DNA of 64,000 bases from Mobula hypostoma. Lineage: Eukaryota. The DNA is taken from assembly GCF_963921235.1 (NCBI RefSeq), contig NC_086097.1:246328001-246392000 (forward strand). The letters are read 5' to 3'. How positions within the stretch are numbered: the stretch's first letter is position 1; each line of letters starts with the position of its first letter. This document shows positions 1-12,397 of this stretch, in pieces. The position numbers were made by a program, and so were the translations under genes. Below the pieces are notes generated by a model. It was not told the origin of the DNA and made no database searches. It saw only the letters and a list, made by a program, of their open reading frames with translations.

Positions 1-414
1 AACTTTTAGTGTAAGGTGGTCAAAGTAGTCTGAGTATTGCTAAACTGTAGTAATTAGGGTTTGCTGGATGGTCCGAGAACCAGAAGGTTGAATGGAAGTA
101 AATGTTGTAGAATCTCTAGAAGGCTCTGGAGGCTTAGTCATTGGGATGTTGAGGGAATCAAGTGATAAGGCAGGAAATGTCATTGACATCAAAGATCAGA
201 CATGACTCACGGGGACAAATGGCCTGGCCCTGCTTCTATTTCTCACGTTCAGCGACATCAACCATAACTGTTGATATCAATCCAAAGAAGAAAACAAAAT
301 GTGAAATTTGTGTGTTACCCTCTTAAGAGATAGCGAACTGATGATCGTTTATATATGCAGTTAAAAGTCTCAATAAAACTAAAACTGAACTCTAAATAAA
401 TACAATATGTAAAC

Positions 415-550
415 ACAAAAAAATTCTACAGATACTGGAAATCCAGAGTAACAGACACATAATGCTGGAGGAACTGAGCAGTTCAGGCAGCATCTATGGA
501 GGGGAATAAGGAGTCAATGTTTAAGGCTGAAATCGTTGTTTCAGGTTCTT
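415..550 (-). mobile_element. Degenerate Penelope-like element terminal (pLTR) fragment
   Basis: Matches the 'ctgcagatgctgga...cagcaggccaggcagcatct' terminus seen in better copies at 37719, 56072 and 62184. Confidence 0.55.
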
Positions 551-714
551 TTTGATAGTAGAGTTTGTCCACTGTGTGTGGAAATTTCTTTTATCCAAGC
601 CCAGGTTTAATTTCTGACTCAAGTCCGAGGGTTTTTACAGAGAGTGGACATACCTTGTGGACACACACTAAAAGAGCATTTTTAAATGTTTATTAATCTT
701 TATCTTCATAATTT

Positions 715-960
715 TCAGAATCAGGTGTAATATAACTGGCATATATCATGAAATTGTTAACTTAGTGGCAGTAGTACAATGCAATACATGGTAATATAGA
801 AAAAAGTGAATTACAGTAAGTATATATATAAAATAATTACATGAAAAATAGTGCACAAAAATAAAAAAATGTGAGGTAAAAATGGGTTCAATGTCCATTT
901 AGGAATCAGATGACAGAGGGGAAGAAGCTGTTGCTGAATTGCCGAGTGGGTACCTTGGGT
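715..960 (-). mobile_element. Rex1/Babar-like LINE 3' fragment
   Basis: Same 3' UTR and tail as 51625-51900 (aatcaga...gggaagaagctgttcctgaa). Confidence 0.5.
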
Positions 961-1074
961 GCCACACCTCGATGGCTTATTCCACACTGTATCTCAATAA
1001 ACAAACAAACAAATAAATAAATAGAGTGAAAAGGAAATTACAGTAAAGAAATGTTAGAACGTAGAAATAAAACA

Positions 1075-1480
1075 TTATAGCACAGTACTGACCCTTCAGC
1101 CACAATATTGTGCCAACCTTTTAACCTACTCTACAATCAATCTAACATTTCCCTCCTACATAGCCCTCCATTTTTCTATCATCCATGCGCCTGGCCAAGA
1201 GTCTCTTAAATGTCCCTAATGTATCTGCCTGTACCACCACCCCTGGCAGGGTGTTCCATGCACCCACTACTGTCCGTATAAAAAAAACCTACCTCTAACT
1301 TGCCCCCTGTACTTTCCTTCATCACCTCAAAACTATGCCCCCTTGTATCAGCCATTTCTGCCCTGGGAAAAAGTGTCTGGCTGTCCACTTGATCTATGCC
1401 TCTATCATCTTGTACACCTCTATCATGTCACCTCTTATCCTGTCACTCCAAAGAGAAAAGCCCGAGTTCACTCAAACTAT
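1075..1480 (-). mobile_element. CR1 LINE 3' fragment
   Basis: ORF 1206..1388 LFPRAEMADTRGH is a CR1 ORF2 C-terminus. Confidence 0.8.
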
Positions 1481-1959
1481 CAGCTCAACTCATCTGAAAG
1501 TAACTTGCTCAATGTATCTGAAAAAACATCACTGGGTTTTGTGGTAAGCTTGGTTAGTAAACCACAGCTCTGAATTAGAAGGGAATGTAAGAGCTTATTT
1601 TTCAAATGGTCTGTAGATGCATGTGTGTGTGTGAGAGATAGTCACAGAGCTCTACTGCACAGAAGTAAGGCCTTCCAGACCGTACTGAGCTGTTACTCTG
1701 GATAGTCACATCGAACTGTTCCTGGGCCAGAGCTCTTCATACCTGTCCCATCCATGTACTTATCCAAACTTCCCTTAATTGTTGCAATTGAGCCCATGTA
1801 TGCTAATTATAAAGTAGAATCATTGACCATAAACTGCAGGAGACTTGGGCTGAGAGAGAAATGGATCAGCCATAATGAAATCGCAGAGCAGTCATGATGG
1901 GTCGGTGGCCTAATTCTGCTCCTATGTCTTATGGTCTTACAAGATGTAGGTGCAAAATA

Positions 1960-3050
1960 AGAACATAAGAAATAGGAGCAGGAATAGGCCATCAGGCCTG
2001 TTGAACCTGCTCCGCCATTCAATAAGATCATGGCTGATCTGACCATGGACTCATCTCCACCTACCTGCCTTTTCCCCATAACCCCTAATTTCCAACTATG
2101 CAAAAATCTATCCAACCTTTTCTTCAATATGTTTACTGAGGTAGCCTCCACTGCTTCATTAAGCAGAGAATTCCACAGATTCACCACTGTTTGGGAAAAG
2201 CAGTTCCTTCCCATCTCCATCCTAAATTTACTCCCCCGAATCTTGAGGCTATGTCAGCTAGTTCTAGTCTCACCTACCAGTGGAAACAACTTTCCTGGTT
2301 CTATCTTATCTATCCCTTTCATAATTTTTTATGTTTCTATAAAACCTCCTCTCATCTTTCTGAATTCTAGCCAATACAGTCCCAGGTGACTTAATCTCTC
2401 CTAATAGTCTAACCCTCTCATCTCTAGAATCAACCTGGTGAACCTCCTCTGCACCGCCTCCAAAGCCAATATATCCTTCCTAGAGTAAGGAGACTAGAAC
2501 TGCACACAGTACTCCAGGTGCAGGGACACCAGTACCCTGTACAGTTGCAGCATAACCTCCCTGTTCTTAAATTCAATCCCTCTAGCAGTGAAGGCCAACA
2601 TTCCATTTGCCTTTTGATAGCCTGCTGCACCTGCAAACAAACCTTTTACGATTCATGTACAAGAACTCCCAAGTCTTTCTGCCCAGCACTGACCCCTACA
2701 GCACACCGCTCACCACTGACTGGCAACCAGAGAAACACCCATGTATCCCAGCTTTCTGCTTTCTGTGAGTTAACCAATCCTCTATCCATGCTAATACATC
2801 ACCCGAAACTCTATGCATCCTTATCTTTGGATGTCTTTTATGTGGCATCTTATTGAATGCCTTCTGGAAATCCAGGTAAATAACGTCCATCTGTTCCCCT
2901 CTATCCACTGTGCTCATTATATCCTCAAAGAACTCCGGTAAGTTGGTCAAACAGGACCTACCTTTGCTGAATCCATGCTGCGCCTGCCTGATCGATCCAT
3001 TTCTTTCCAGATGCCTTGCTATTTCTTCTTTAATAATAGTTTCAAGCAAT
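1960..3050 (-). mobile_element. CR1 LINE fragments (RT region and 3' end)
   Basis: QHGFSKGRSCLTNL, DVIYLDFQKAFNK in 2696..3049; FSQTVVNLWNSL C-terminus; (aagaacat)n tail near 1960. Confidence 0.9.
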
Positions 3051-3510
3051 TAGGCTATTGGGCCCATTGAGTCTGCTCCATCATTTCATCATGGCTTATT
3101 TATTATCCCTCTTAACCCTATCCAGCTGCCTTCTCCCCATAACCTTTGATGCCCGGACAAATCAGGAACCTATCAACCCGCACTTTAAATATACCCAATA
3201 ACCAGGTCTCCACAGCTGCCTGTGGCAATGAATTCCACAGATACAGCCACTGGCCAAAAAATATCCTAATCACCTCTGTTCTAAATGGACGCCCCTCAAT
3301 CCTGACACTGTGCCCGCTGGTCCTAGACTCCCCCACTTTGGCAAATATCCTCCCCACATCCACTTTATTGAGACCTGTCAATATTCGATAGGTTTCAATG
3401 AGATCCCCCCTCTCATTTGTTTCAATTCCAAAGAATACAGGCCCAGTGCCATCAAACGCTCTTCATCCGTTAACCCTTTTATTCTCGGAATCATTCTGGT
3501 GAAACTCCTA
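3050..3510 (-). mobile_element. CR1 LINE 3' fragment
   Basis: ORF 3118..3381 GESRTSGHS...LWNSLP...GIKGYGEKAAG. Confidence 0.85.
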
Positions 3511-3529
3511 TAACTGAGAGCATAATCAA

Positions 3530-4010
3530 TGTGTTACAGTTATAGGAGAAAGTTCAGCGTGGATTGGCACCAAGATGCAAGGCCATAATGAGGTAAATTG
3601 TGAGGTCAAGGCTCCATCTTGTACTAGGTGATCGTTCAATAGTCTCATAACAGCAAGATAGAAGCTGACCTTGAGGGGGGAGAAGAGAGAGTGTCTGCAG
3701 TGTGCCTTTGATTTTGCTGGCTGCTTTGCCGAGGCAGAGAGAAGTGTAGGCAATAGTCTATAGATGGCGGCCGCGTTCTGTGCCATACCGAAACATGTCT
3801 GCAACTCTGCACTTTCTTGCAGTCATGGGCAGAGCAGTTGCCATACCAAACTGTGATACATCTGGTCAATGGTACAAAAATACAAATTGGTGAGAGTCAA
3901 AGGGGACATGCCAAATTTCTTTAGCCTCCCGTAAAAGTAGAGGTGCTGGTGAGCTTTCTTCAGTACAGCACTGACGTGGTTGGACCAGGTAGCCAAATAT
4001 ACCAAAAATA
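3530..4010 (-). mobile_element. Rex1/Babar-like LINE 3' fragment
   Basis: KKAHQHLYFYGRLKKFG and CITVWYGNCS motifs typical of the Rex1/Babar RT C-terminus. Confidence 0.75.
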
Positions 4011-4047
4011 CCAACCGTAGCCAGACTTACGTGTCATATGGCCGATA

Positions 4048-5130
4048 TATACTCAGTGGCCACTTTATTAGATACACGTGTACACCCGCTCATTGTTGTA
4101 AATATCTTATCAGCTAATCATGAGGCAGCAACTCAATGCATAAAAGCATGCAGATATGATCAAGATGTTGTTCAGACCACACATCAGAATGGAGAAAAAG
4201 TACGATCTAACTGACTTTGACCAGGAAGTGATTGTTGGTGCCAGATGGGGTGGTTTGAGTACCTCAGAAACTGCTGATCTCCTGGGATTTTCACGCATAG
4301 AGTTTGCAGAGAATTATGCAAAAAACAAAAGAAAACCTCTAGTGAACAGTAATTCTATGGGTGAAGACAATCCTGTTAATGAGGAACATAAGAAAGTCTG
4401 TAGATACTGAAAATCCAAAGCAAAATTCTGGAGAAACTCAGCAGGTCAGGCAGCATCTATGGAAGTGAATAAGTAGTTGACGTTTCTAGCCCATACCCTT
4501 CTTCAGGACTGAAAAGGGGGAAGATGTCAGAATAAAAAGATGTGGGGGAGGAGGGACAGAAGGATAGCTAGAGGTGATAGGTGAAACCAGGTGGGTGGAA
4601 AAGGTCAAGGGCTGGAGAGGAAGGAATATGATAGGACAGGAGAGTGGATCATTGAAGGGAAGGAAGAAGGGAGATGATAGGCAGGTGAAAAGAAGTAAGA
4701 GGCCAGAGTGGAGAAAAGAAGAAGAGGGGAGGGGGAGGGGTTACTTTTTATCAGAAGGTGAAATCCATATTCATACCGTCAGGTTGGATGCTACCTAGAT
4801 GGAATATAAGGTGTTGTTCCTCCATCCTGTGGGCGGCCTCACCTTGGAACAAGGGGAGGCCATGGATCGACATGTCGGAACAGGAATAGGAACTGGAATT
4901 AAAATGTTTGGCCACCGGGAATGAGAGAGAGGGCAGAGGAGAATGACCAGACTGGTTCAAGCTGACAGGAAGGCAACAGTGACTCAGATAACCACACATT
5001 ACTGCAGTGGTGTCCAGAACAGCATCTCTGAATACACAACACATCAAACCTTGAAGATGACCACAAACATATGCTCAGCGGAAACATTATTAGGTACAGG
5101 AGGAGTTTAATAAAGTGGCCACTGAGTATA
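4048..5130 (+). mobile_element. Non-autonomous Tc1/mariner element with nested PLE fragment
   Basis: Perfect inverted repeat TATACTCAGTGGCCACTTTATTA (4048-4070 / 5108-5130) including the flanking TA; Tc1 N-terminal HTH remnant DLTDFDQEVIVGARWGGLSTSETADLLGFSR. Confidence 0.9.
4390..4920 (-). mobile_element. Penelope-like element 3' fragment nested in the Tc1 element
   Basis: GIY-YIG C-terminus PVAKHFNS...RMEEQHLIFHLGSIQPDGMN plus purine-rich pLTR with hammerhead-like motif at 4475-4510. Confidence 0.8.
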
Positions 5131-5588
5131 TTTCTGTGTGGAAAAATACGTAGTGATGCCCTTTTTGAAAAACAACTTTGAGAGACTGCACAATCAAAAC
5201 TACAGTATGTTGAGTTGGGTTGTTTTCGATCTAACTAGTCTATCAAAGTTCAAAGAACGTTTATTATTAAAGCATGTATACTATATACAATCTTGAGATT
5301 CGTCTACTTACAGGCAGCCACAAAACAAAGAAACACAACAGAAACCATTAAAAGAAAACAATCAAACACCCAACGTGCAGGAAAAAACAAATCATGTAAA
5401 CAATAAAAGTAAGCAAATAACAGTCAGAATGGATGTTCACAATAGTGAGTCCACAGCCAGGAAGACAATGACCTGGGCCCTGCCGCTTCGAATCGCCTCC
5501 AAATCCACTCCAGCAATGGCCAAAAGTTGGCTCATTCCCCACCCTACCATCCTCAAATTTCTGTGAAGCTGTGTTCTTTGCACATACC

Positions 5589-6540
5589 TATGTTTTGTAA
5601 CTCCAAAACAAGAAAACTAATCGAAAGAAAAATATGGGAAGAGTGGGATAACGTGTATGCTTCATTGTTTTTTTTTGCTTTAATGAGGCACGCACTTACA
5701 CCAAAAGCAAAGCGTCTCAGGCAAGCTTCACTGAATGATGTGGATCATAACGTGTGAGTACAGTGTCTGACACACCATCTCCTTTGTCTTTTGGAAAGCC
5801 ACCTCACACTGCGTTGTCCATTGCCATTTCTTCCTGATCTGTAGTAATGAGTTCAAGATGTGGAGCACAGCAGCCAGGTTTGGCAGGAACCGTAGTTGAC
5901 AAATCCAAAACAAAGACCACAACTGCGACACGTCCTTTTGCCTTGAGGCATCTACCACTGTTTGAATTTTCTCAGCACCCCTCTGTAATCCTTGTGCGTC
6001 AACAGTGTGGCCTCAGTTAGTAATGCTGGGTTTAAAGAATCCACATATGTTGCACGCAGCTCTGAGTCTAGAATCTTCTAATCTTTTTAACAATCTTGAG
6101 ATCTTGAAGACGTTCCTTGTCATCCTTATGATGATGTCATCCAGGCAACACTAAGTGCCTGGGCAGTCTTGCAACGCCTGGTCCATAGTTTTCTGCCAGA
6201 GTGTAGGTCAGATGGTACTCCAAAAATAAACCTATTATAACGATAAAGCCCTTTGCGAGTATTTATGATCAGAAACTCTTTGGACTCTTCTTCTACCTCT
6301 ATCTGTAGGTAGGCTTCAGCTAAGTTCACCTTGTTGAAGTGCCTCCCTCCAGAAATGTTTGCAAAGATATCCTGTATCCTGAGCAGAGGGTATTAATCTA
6401 CTTTCAGTATTGTGTTGATGGTGATCTGAAATCAGCGCAGATCCTGACAGACCCATTCTTCTTGGCTACTGGGACCACTGGCGTTACCCTTGGGCTCCAC
6501 TCAACCTTGTTAAGAATTCCTTCGGCCTCCATTCAAAATA
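5589..6540 (-). mobile_element. Gypsy/Ty3 LTR retrotransposon remnant (RT to connection region plus partial LTR)
   Basis: LAEAYLQIEVEEESKEFLIINTRKGLYRYNRFIFGV and WQWTTQCEVAFQKTKE; 5589-5610 is the near-exact reverse complement of the LTR end at about 8444-8465. Confidence 0.8.
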
Positions 6541-6689
6541 CAAAAATAATTAAACAAGAGATTCTGCAGATGCTGAATAACTATCAATGGAAATGAATAA
6601 ATAGTTGACTGTTTATTCTTCTCTGTAGATGCTGCCTGACCTGCTGAGCTACTCCAGCATTTTGTGTGGTAGGTTATGATAATGATTAG

Positions 6690-6900
6690 CATAATGCTAT
6701 TACAGTGTTTGCCAGACTGATTCAATTACACCACTGTCTGTAAGGAGTTTGTCCGTCCTCTCCATCACCGTGTCGGTTTCCTCCCACAGTCCAAAGATGT
6801 ACGGGTTAGTAGGTTAATTGATAACATGGGTGTAATTGGGAAACATCATCTTGTTGGGCTGGAAGGGCTTGTTACTGTGTTGTATCTCTAAATAAAAATA
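6690..6900 (+). mobile_element. V-SINE/HE1-like SINE
   Basis: Core 'gtctgtaaggagtttgt...ggtttcctcccacagtccaaagatgtacgggttag'; many related copies (8599, 33330, 34490, 45910, 48440, 52645). Confidence 0.7.
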
Positions 6901-7918
6901 AGAAGTTCTGTGAAGGGTATATATGGGCTCTTTAAAAAGCAAATGTAGGTAGCACTGCAGATGAAAACAAGCAAGTATTTGTTGAATAATTATACAGTGT
7001 TGGTGTTCCCAGAAGAGGAAAATGGTAATGATGTATCAGACGTTCTGAGGAACCAATAATGAATCAAAGCTTGCCACGCACTTACAGACACCGAAACTTC
7101 ATTGGGAAAAACGTAATGACATTCGAAAGACAGACTAACATGTAAACTCCACCCTAGGGTTTAAACAGAGATGAAAAAGCTTTTGATCTTTTCACCATAA
7201 TCTTCTGATATACTCCAGTCAGGAATTTTACTTATTTTATTTAAATATTGCAAATATAACTCAATTATTTAAGTTGAGAAAAACCGGGAAGTTATAGGGC
7301 TGTTCAGCTGACATCTGTTGCTAGGGAAGTTGTTGGGATATATAATTAAGGACATAACCATGAGTACATTAAAAGAGTAATGAGCTGATTAGCAAGCTAT
7401 CATGGATTTGTAATAAATGGGTCTTGCCTCAAAACCTAATTGTAGTTTTGAAGTTTAAGTCATATAAATGGATGAGGATTCCAGAAAGTATTCAGTGAAG
7501 TTCCACGTAAGAGCCCAATACTAAAAGCCAGTGGAGTTGGATGTTATAGGGTCATAGAGCACAGAAACAGGCCATTCAGCCCATCTAGTACACATAACCT
7601 GTTATTCTGCCGAGTCCCATTGATCTGCACTTGGATCAAAGCCCTAAATACCACTCCCATCCATATACTTATCCAAATTTCTCTTAAATGTTATAGCATC
7701 ATATATGAGGAAACTAATTTGCTGGTATAATTCAATATGAATAATTAGAAAGTACCCCAATTAAAAAAAATACTACTGACTTCTCACAAGCACAAGTTGG
7801 TAAGTGTGAGATCATCCATCTTGAACCAAATGGACTATTTCTTAAAAATGAAGAACAATTGTAATTTATAGAGAATTCTGAAGTCCATTGTCATGTCTTA
7901 CTGAAATGAAGTGGTGAG

Positions 7919-8230
7919 CACTGTTTCCTCTAAGTTGCGCGGGTGCACGGTAACTGAAATACTCCCGCACACATAGCTTTTGTTACTGCGCAGCCGGAAT
8001 AAAGACAGATGAGAAAAAGTTAACTTTGTTTTACTGTATTTCATTATACCCCTCAATTAATAAATAAACTCAAATACATGTGATTTTTCAATTTTCATTC
8101 AAAGTATTTATCGTAATTACAAAAAAAAACATTTAAAGTATTGTGCAGTTTCCAGGGGCTGTGTAAAAATTTCCTGCCAAGAGCAATAGGTGGTCTGAGC
8201 AACTGCTAAAAAAAAATCAAGGGAACATTG
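7919..8230. mobile_element. hAT-type MITE
   Basis: Imperfect TIRs CACTGTTTCCT / AGGGAACATTG; exact 8-bp TSD GTGGTGAG (7911-7918, 8231-8238). Confidence 0.8.
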
Positions 8231-8238
8231 GTGGTGAG

Positions 8239-8468
8239 TGTTGTATATTTAATATTTGAGTAATCTTGTATAGTGTATATATCGGTTGATTAGGCATTCT
8301 TGTTCATTTAAATAACTCATCGCAGGTTATATGTAAAAATACATGAATTACATATGTCATCACACTATCATGTGCTTGCCTCGCTTAAAATAAACATGAA
8401 GTTAGACTCACATTTCGGACTCCTGTGTCTTCCCTTAAATTAATGTTTTGAAGTTACAAAACATAATG
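8239..8468 (+). mobile_element. Solo LTR related to the Gypsy remnant
   Basis: Starts TGTTGT, contains AATAAA, ends ACATAA(TG); flanked by GTGAG duplication (8234-8238, 8469-8473); end similar to reverse complement of 5589-5610. Confidence 0.65.
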
Positions 8469-8598
8469 GTGAGATAGTTGACATAAAGATCTAGGGGCTG
8501 GGAGGTGGGGTTGAGGATGTATGTAGGAGAGGAAGTGACACAACTCAGCAGAACACTGGGAAATGTTCAATATAGAGTACGGGGTTATGAACCATAAA

Positions 8599-8936
8599 GG
8601 GCAGCACGAAGCACAGCAGTTAGCGTAACACTTTAAAAGTGCCAGCAATTATGATCAGGGTCAATTCCTGCTGCTGTCTGTCGGGAGTTTGTATGTTGTC
8701 CCTGTGACTGTGTGGGTTTCCTTCAGGTCCTCCAGATTCCTCCCACATTCCAAAGACGTACGAGCTGGGGCGAGGAGGTTATGGGCATGCTGTGTTGGCG
8801 GCGGAAGCATGGCAACATTTGCGGACGGCGCCCCCCCCCGCACATCCTCAGACTGCGTCGGTCACTGACGCAAACGACACAGTTCACTGTATGCTTTGAA
8901 GTTTCGATGTTCATGTTACTAATAAAGCTAATCCTT
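8599..8936 (+). mobile_element. V-SINE/HE1-like SINE with Rex1-like tail
   Basis: tRNA-like head, V-core (gggtttcc...ttcctcccacattccaaagacgtac), tail aataaagctaatc. Confidence 0.75.
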
Positions 8937-10368
8937 ACGAGGGATTTAATGATAGACTGAGTGCACTACAGATTCATCACGTTCCACGATTCCAAGTGTT
9001 GCATAACGAGGTATGATTACACAACAATAGCAATCTTGTATTCACCAGATCATCAGAACGTAAACAGTAAACGTACTTCAAGGTTTTCACTATTTTAAAA
9101 GATTAAAGGAAATATTACAGATCTTGTGGTGCAGGGCACAGAACAAATAACATAAATTTAAAACCAAACCCAGAGGACTTTTCTTGCATTGTCAGAAGGA
9201 CATAAATCATAAAACATAGTAGCAGAAGTAGGCTATTCGAACCATCAAGTCTCCTCCACTATTCCATCATGGCTAAATTATGATCCCTTACTAATCAAGA
9301 ATCTGTCAGCTGTCAATATAAATATACCCAATGGCTTGGCCTGCACAGCCAGCTGTGGTAATGAATTCCATTGATTCACCACCCTAAAGAAATTCCTCCT
9401 CATCTCTGTTCGAAATGGACATCCCCCAATTCTGAGGCAGTGGCCTCTGGTCTTAGATTCTCCCACTTTAGATTCTTTCCATTCCACAACTACACCATTT
9501 AGGCCTTTCATTATTTGATAGGTTTCAATGAGATCTCCCCTCATTCTTCTAAACTCCAGCATACACAGGCCCAGAGTCGTCGAACACTTCTCATATGTTA
9601 ACCCCTTCATTCCTGGGATCCTTTTGTGAACCTCCTCTGAACCATCTCCAATGCCATCACATCTTTTGTTAGATAAGGGACGCAAAACTACTCACAATAC
9701 TCCAAGGGTGGCGTGAATACTGCCTTATAAAGCCTCAGCATGACATCCTTGCTTTTGTATTCTAATCCTCTCGAAATGAATGCTAACATTGTATTTGCCT
9801 ACCTTACTCTCAACTCAACCTAGCGGTTAACCTTTCGGGAATCCTGCACAAGGTCTCTTAAGTCCTTTGCACCTCTGATTTTTGAATTTTCTCCCATTTA
9901 GAAAATAGTCCACACCTTTCTTCCTTCTGCCAAAATATATGACCATGCATCTCCCTATGTTATATTCTATCTGCCACTTCTTTGCCCATTACCCCAATCT
10001 GTTTAAGTCCTTCTGCAGACAGCCTGTTACTCAACTCTATCTGCCCCTCCACCTACCTTCGTATCATTTACAAACTTGGCCACGAAGCCATCAATTCTGT
10101 CATTCAAATCATTGATGTATCATGTGAAAAGAAACAGTCTCAATATTGACCCCTGCAGAACACCACTAGTCAGTGAGAGCCAACCAGAAAAGTCCCCTTC
10201 TATTACCACTCTTTGTGTCTTACCAGTCAACCGATCTTTTATCCATGCCAGTATTTTTTCTGTAATACCATGGGCTCTTATCTTGTAAACAGCCTCATGT
10301 GTGGCAACTTGTCAAAGGCCTTCTGAAATCCAAATAAACAACATCCACTGTCTTTTCTTTGTCTATCC

Positions 10369-11010
10369 GGGAGGAGGAGAAGATGGCGGCGCGATGCAGC
10401 GCTCGCAGCCTCTCCGGTGATGAATATCTGTAATCTGTCAAGGAGGAGGCCGTGCACAATTCTGATTTGATGGAGGCAGACGTGAGAGCACAGAGGAACA
10501 TCTGGTGAAACTTCTGAAATGCCTGCTTCGCTGCTGCTGCTACTGTGTGATCTGAAATCTCTGGAGAGGAAGGCGCAGAATCCTCGGCTTTGCCTGTTGC
10601 TTGGCGGCCGGGGTCGTGGTCGAAGTGCTTGGCAGAGATGGTGCTCGGTGTCGGAGGGCTGGTCGGAGGCTCGAAGTTTTCGGACGGACTCAGAGTCGGA
10701 CTGTGGTCGGGTGCTTCTAGGATGCTGCATCGGCAAGTTTGCTGCGCTGGAAGCTCATGGCAGGGAGAGTTTCTTCCTTCTACTGTCTGTGTGAGATGTT
10801 GGGGCTATCGGGACTTTGAGACTTTTTTTTACCGTGCCCATGGTCTGCTCTTATCAAATTACGGTATTGCTTTGCACTGTTGTAACTATACGTTATAATT
10901 ACGTGTTTTTTGTTAGTTTTAGCCTTGGTCTGTCTTGTGTTTCTGTGATATCATACCAGAGGAACATTAACGAGGACTGAGTGTCCTCATAATCTAATCT
11001 AACAATCTAA
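10369..11010 (+). mobile_element. Non-autonomous retroelement, about 650 bp, (TAATC)n tail, copy 1
   Basis: Highly similar to 23965-24634; starts GGAGGAGAAGATGGCG; interrupts CR1 RT. Confidence 0.8.
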
Positions 11011-11844
11011 TCCTGCCTGCTATTTCCTCAAAGAATTCCAATGGATTTGTTAGGCAAGATTTCCCCTTAAGGAAACTATGCTGACTTTGGTCTATTTTAT
11101 AATATGCTTCCAAGTACCCCAAACCTCATCCTTAATAATCGACTCCAGCATCTTGCCAACCACTGAAGTCAGGTTAACTAGCCTGTACTTTGCTTTCTTC
11201 TGCCTCCTTCCCTTCTTGAAAAGTGGCGGGACATTTGCAATTTTTCAGTCCTCAGGAACTATTCCAGAATCTAGTGATTCTCATAAGATCATTGATAATG
11301 CCTCCACAATCTCTTCACCTACCTCTTTCAGAACTCTGGAGTGTAGTTCACCTGGTCCAGGAGACTTATCTACTTTCATACTTTTCAGATTCCCAAGCAC
11401 CCTCTCCTTAGTAATAGCAACTACACTGTCCCGTCACTCTCGCGTTCCCGGTATTCTGCTAGTGCCTCCCACAGTGAAGACTGATGCAGAATACTTATTC
11501 AGTTCATCCGCCAATTACTGCCTTTCTAGCGTCATTTTCCAGCTGTCCAGTATCCGCTCTCACCTCTCTTTTATTCTTTATATATCTAAAAAAAACTTTT
11601 TGTATCCCCTGATATATATTATTGGCTCGGTTACCTTCATATTTAATCTTTTCACTCTTTAGGACTTCTTAGTTGCTTTCTGTTAGTTTTTAAAAGCTTC
11701 CCAATCCTCTGCCTTCCCACTAATTTTTGCTCTATTATATGCCCTCGTTCTTGCTTTTATGCTGCCTTCGATTTCCCTTGCCTCAATTGCCTCATCCTCC
11801 CTTCAATACTTCTTCACCTCTGGGATGCATCTCTCCTGCGCCTT

Positions 11845-12397
11845 AACCATATAACCGTATAACAAGTACAGCACTGAAACAGGACATCTCGGCCCTTCTA
11901 GTCCGTGCCGAACTCTTACTCTCACCTAGTCCCACCAACCTGCACTCAGCCCATAACGCTCCATTCCTTTCCTGTCCATATATCTATCCAATTTAGCTTT
12001 AAATGACAACATCGAACCTGCCTCAACCACTTCTGCTGGAAGCTCGTTCCACACAGCTACCACTCTCTGAGTAAAGTAGTTCCCCCTCATGTTACTCCTA
12101 AACTTGGGCTCTTTAACTCTCAACTCATGTCCTCTTGTTTGAATCTCCCTCACTCTCAATGGAAAAAGCCTATCCATGTCAACTCTATCTATCCCCTGCA
12201 TAATTTTAAATACCTCTATCAAGTCCCCCCTCAACCTTCTATGCTCCAAAGAATAAAGACCCAACTTGTTCAACCTTTCTCTGTAACTTAGGAGATGAAA
12301 CCCAGGCAACATTCAATTAAATCTCCTCTGTACTCTCTCAATTTTATTGACATCTTTCCTATAAATTGGTGACCAGAACTGTGCACAATACTCCAGT
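11845..12397 (-). mobile_element. CR1 3' fragment of another family nested in CR1
   Basis: ORF 11926..12312 intact CR1 C-terminus; (aaccatat)-like tail near 11845. Confidence 0.85.

Noticed and set aside
11078..11662. Long plus-strand ORFs such as 194 aa here, 25223..25711 and 61474..62001
   Set aside because: Antisense shadows of CR1 coding sequence
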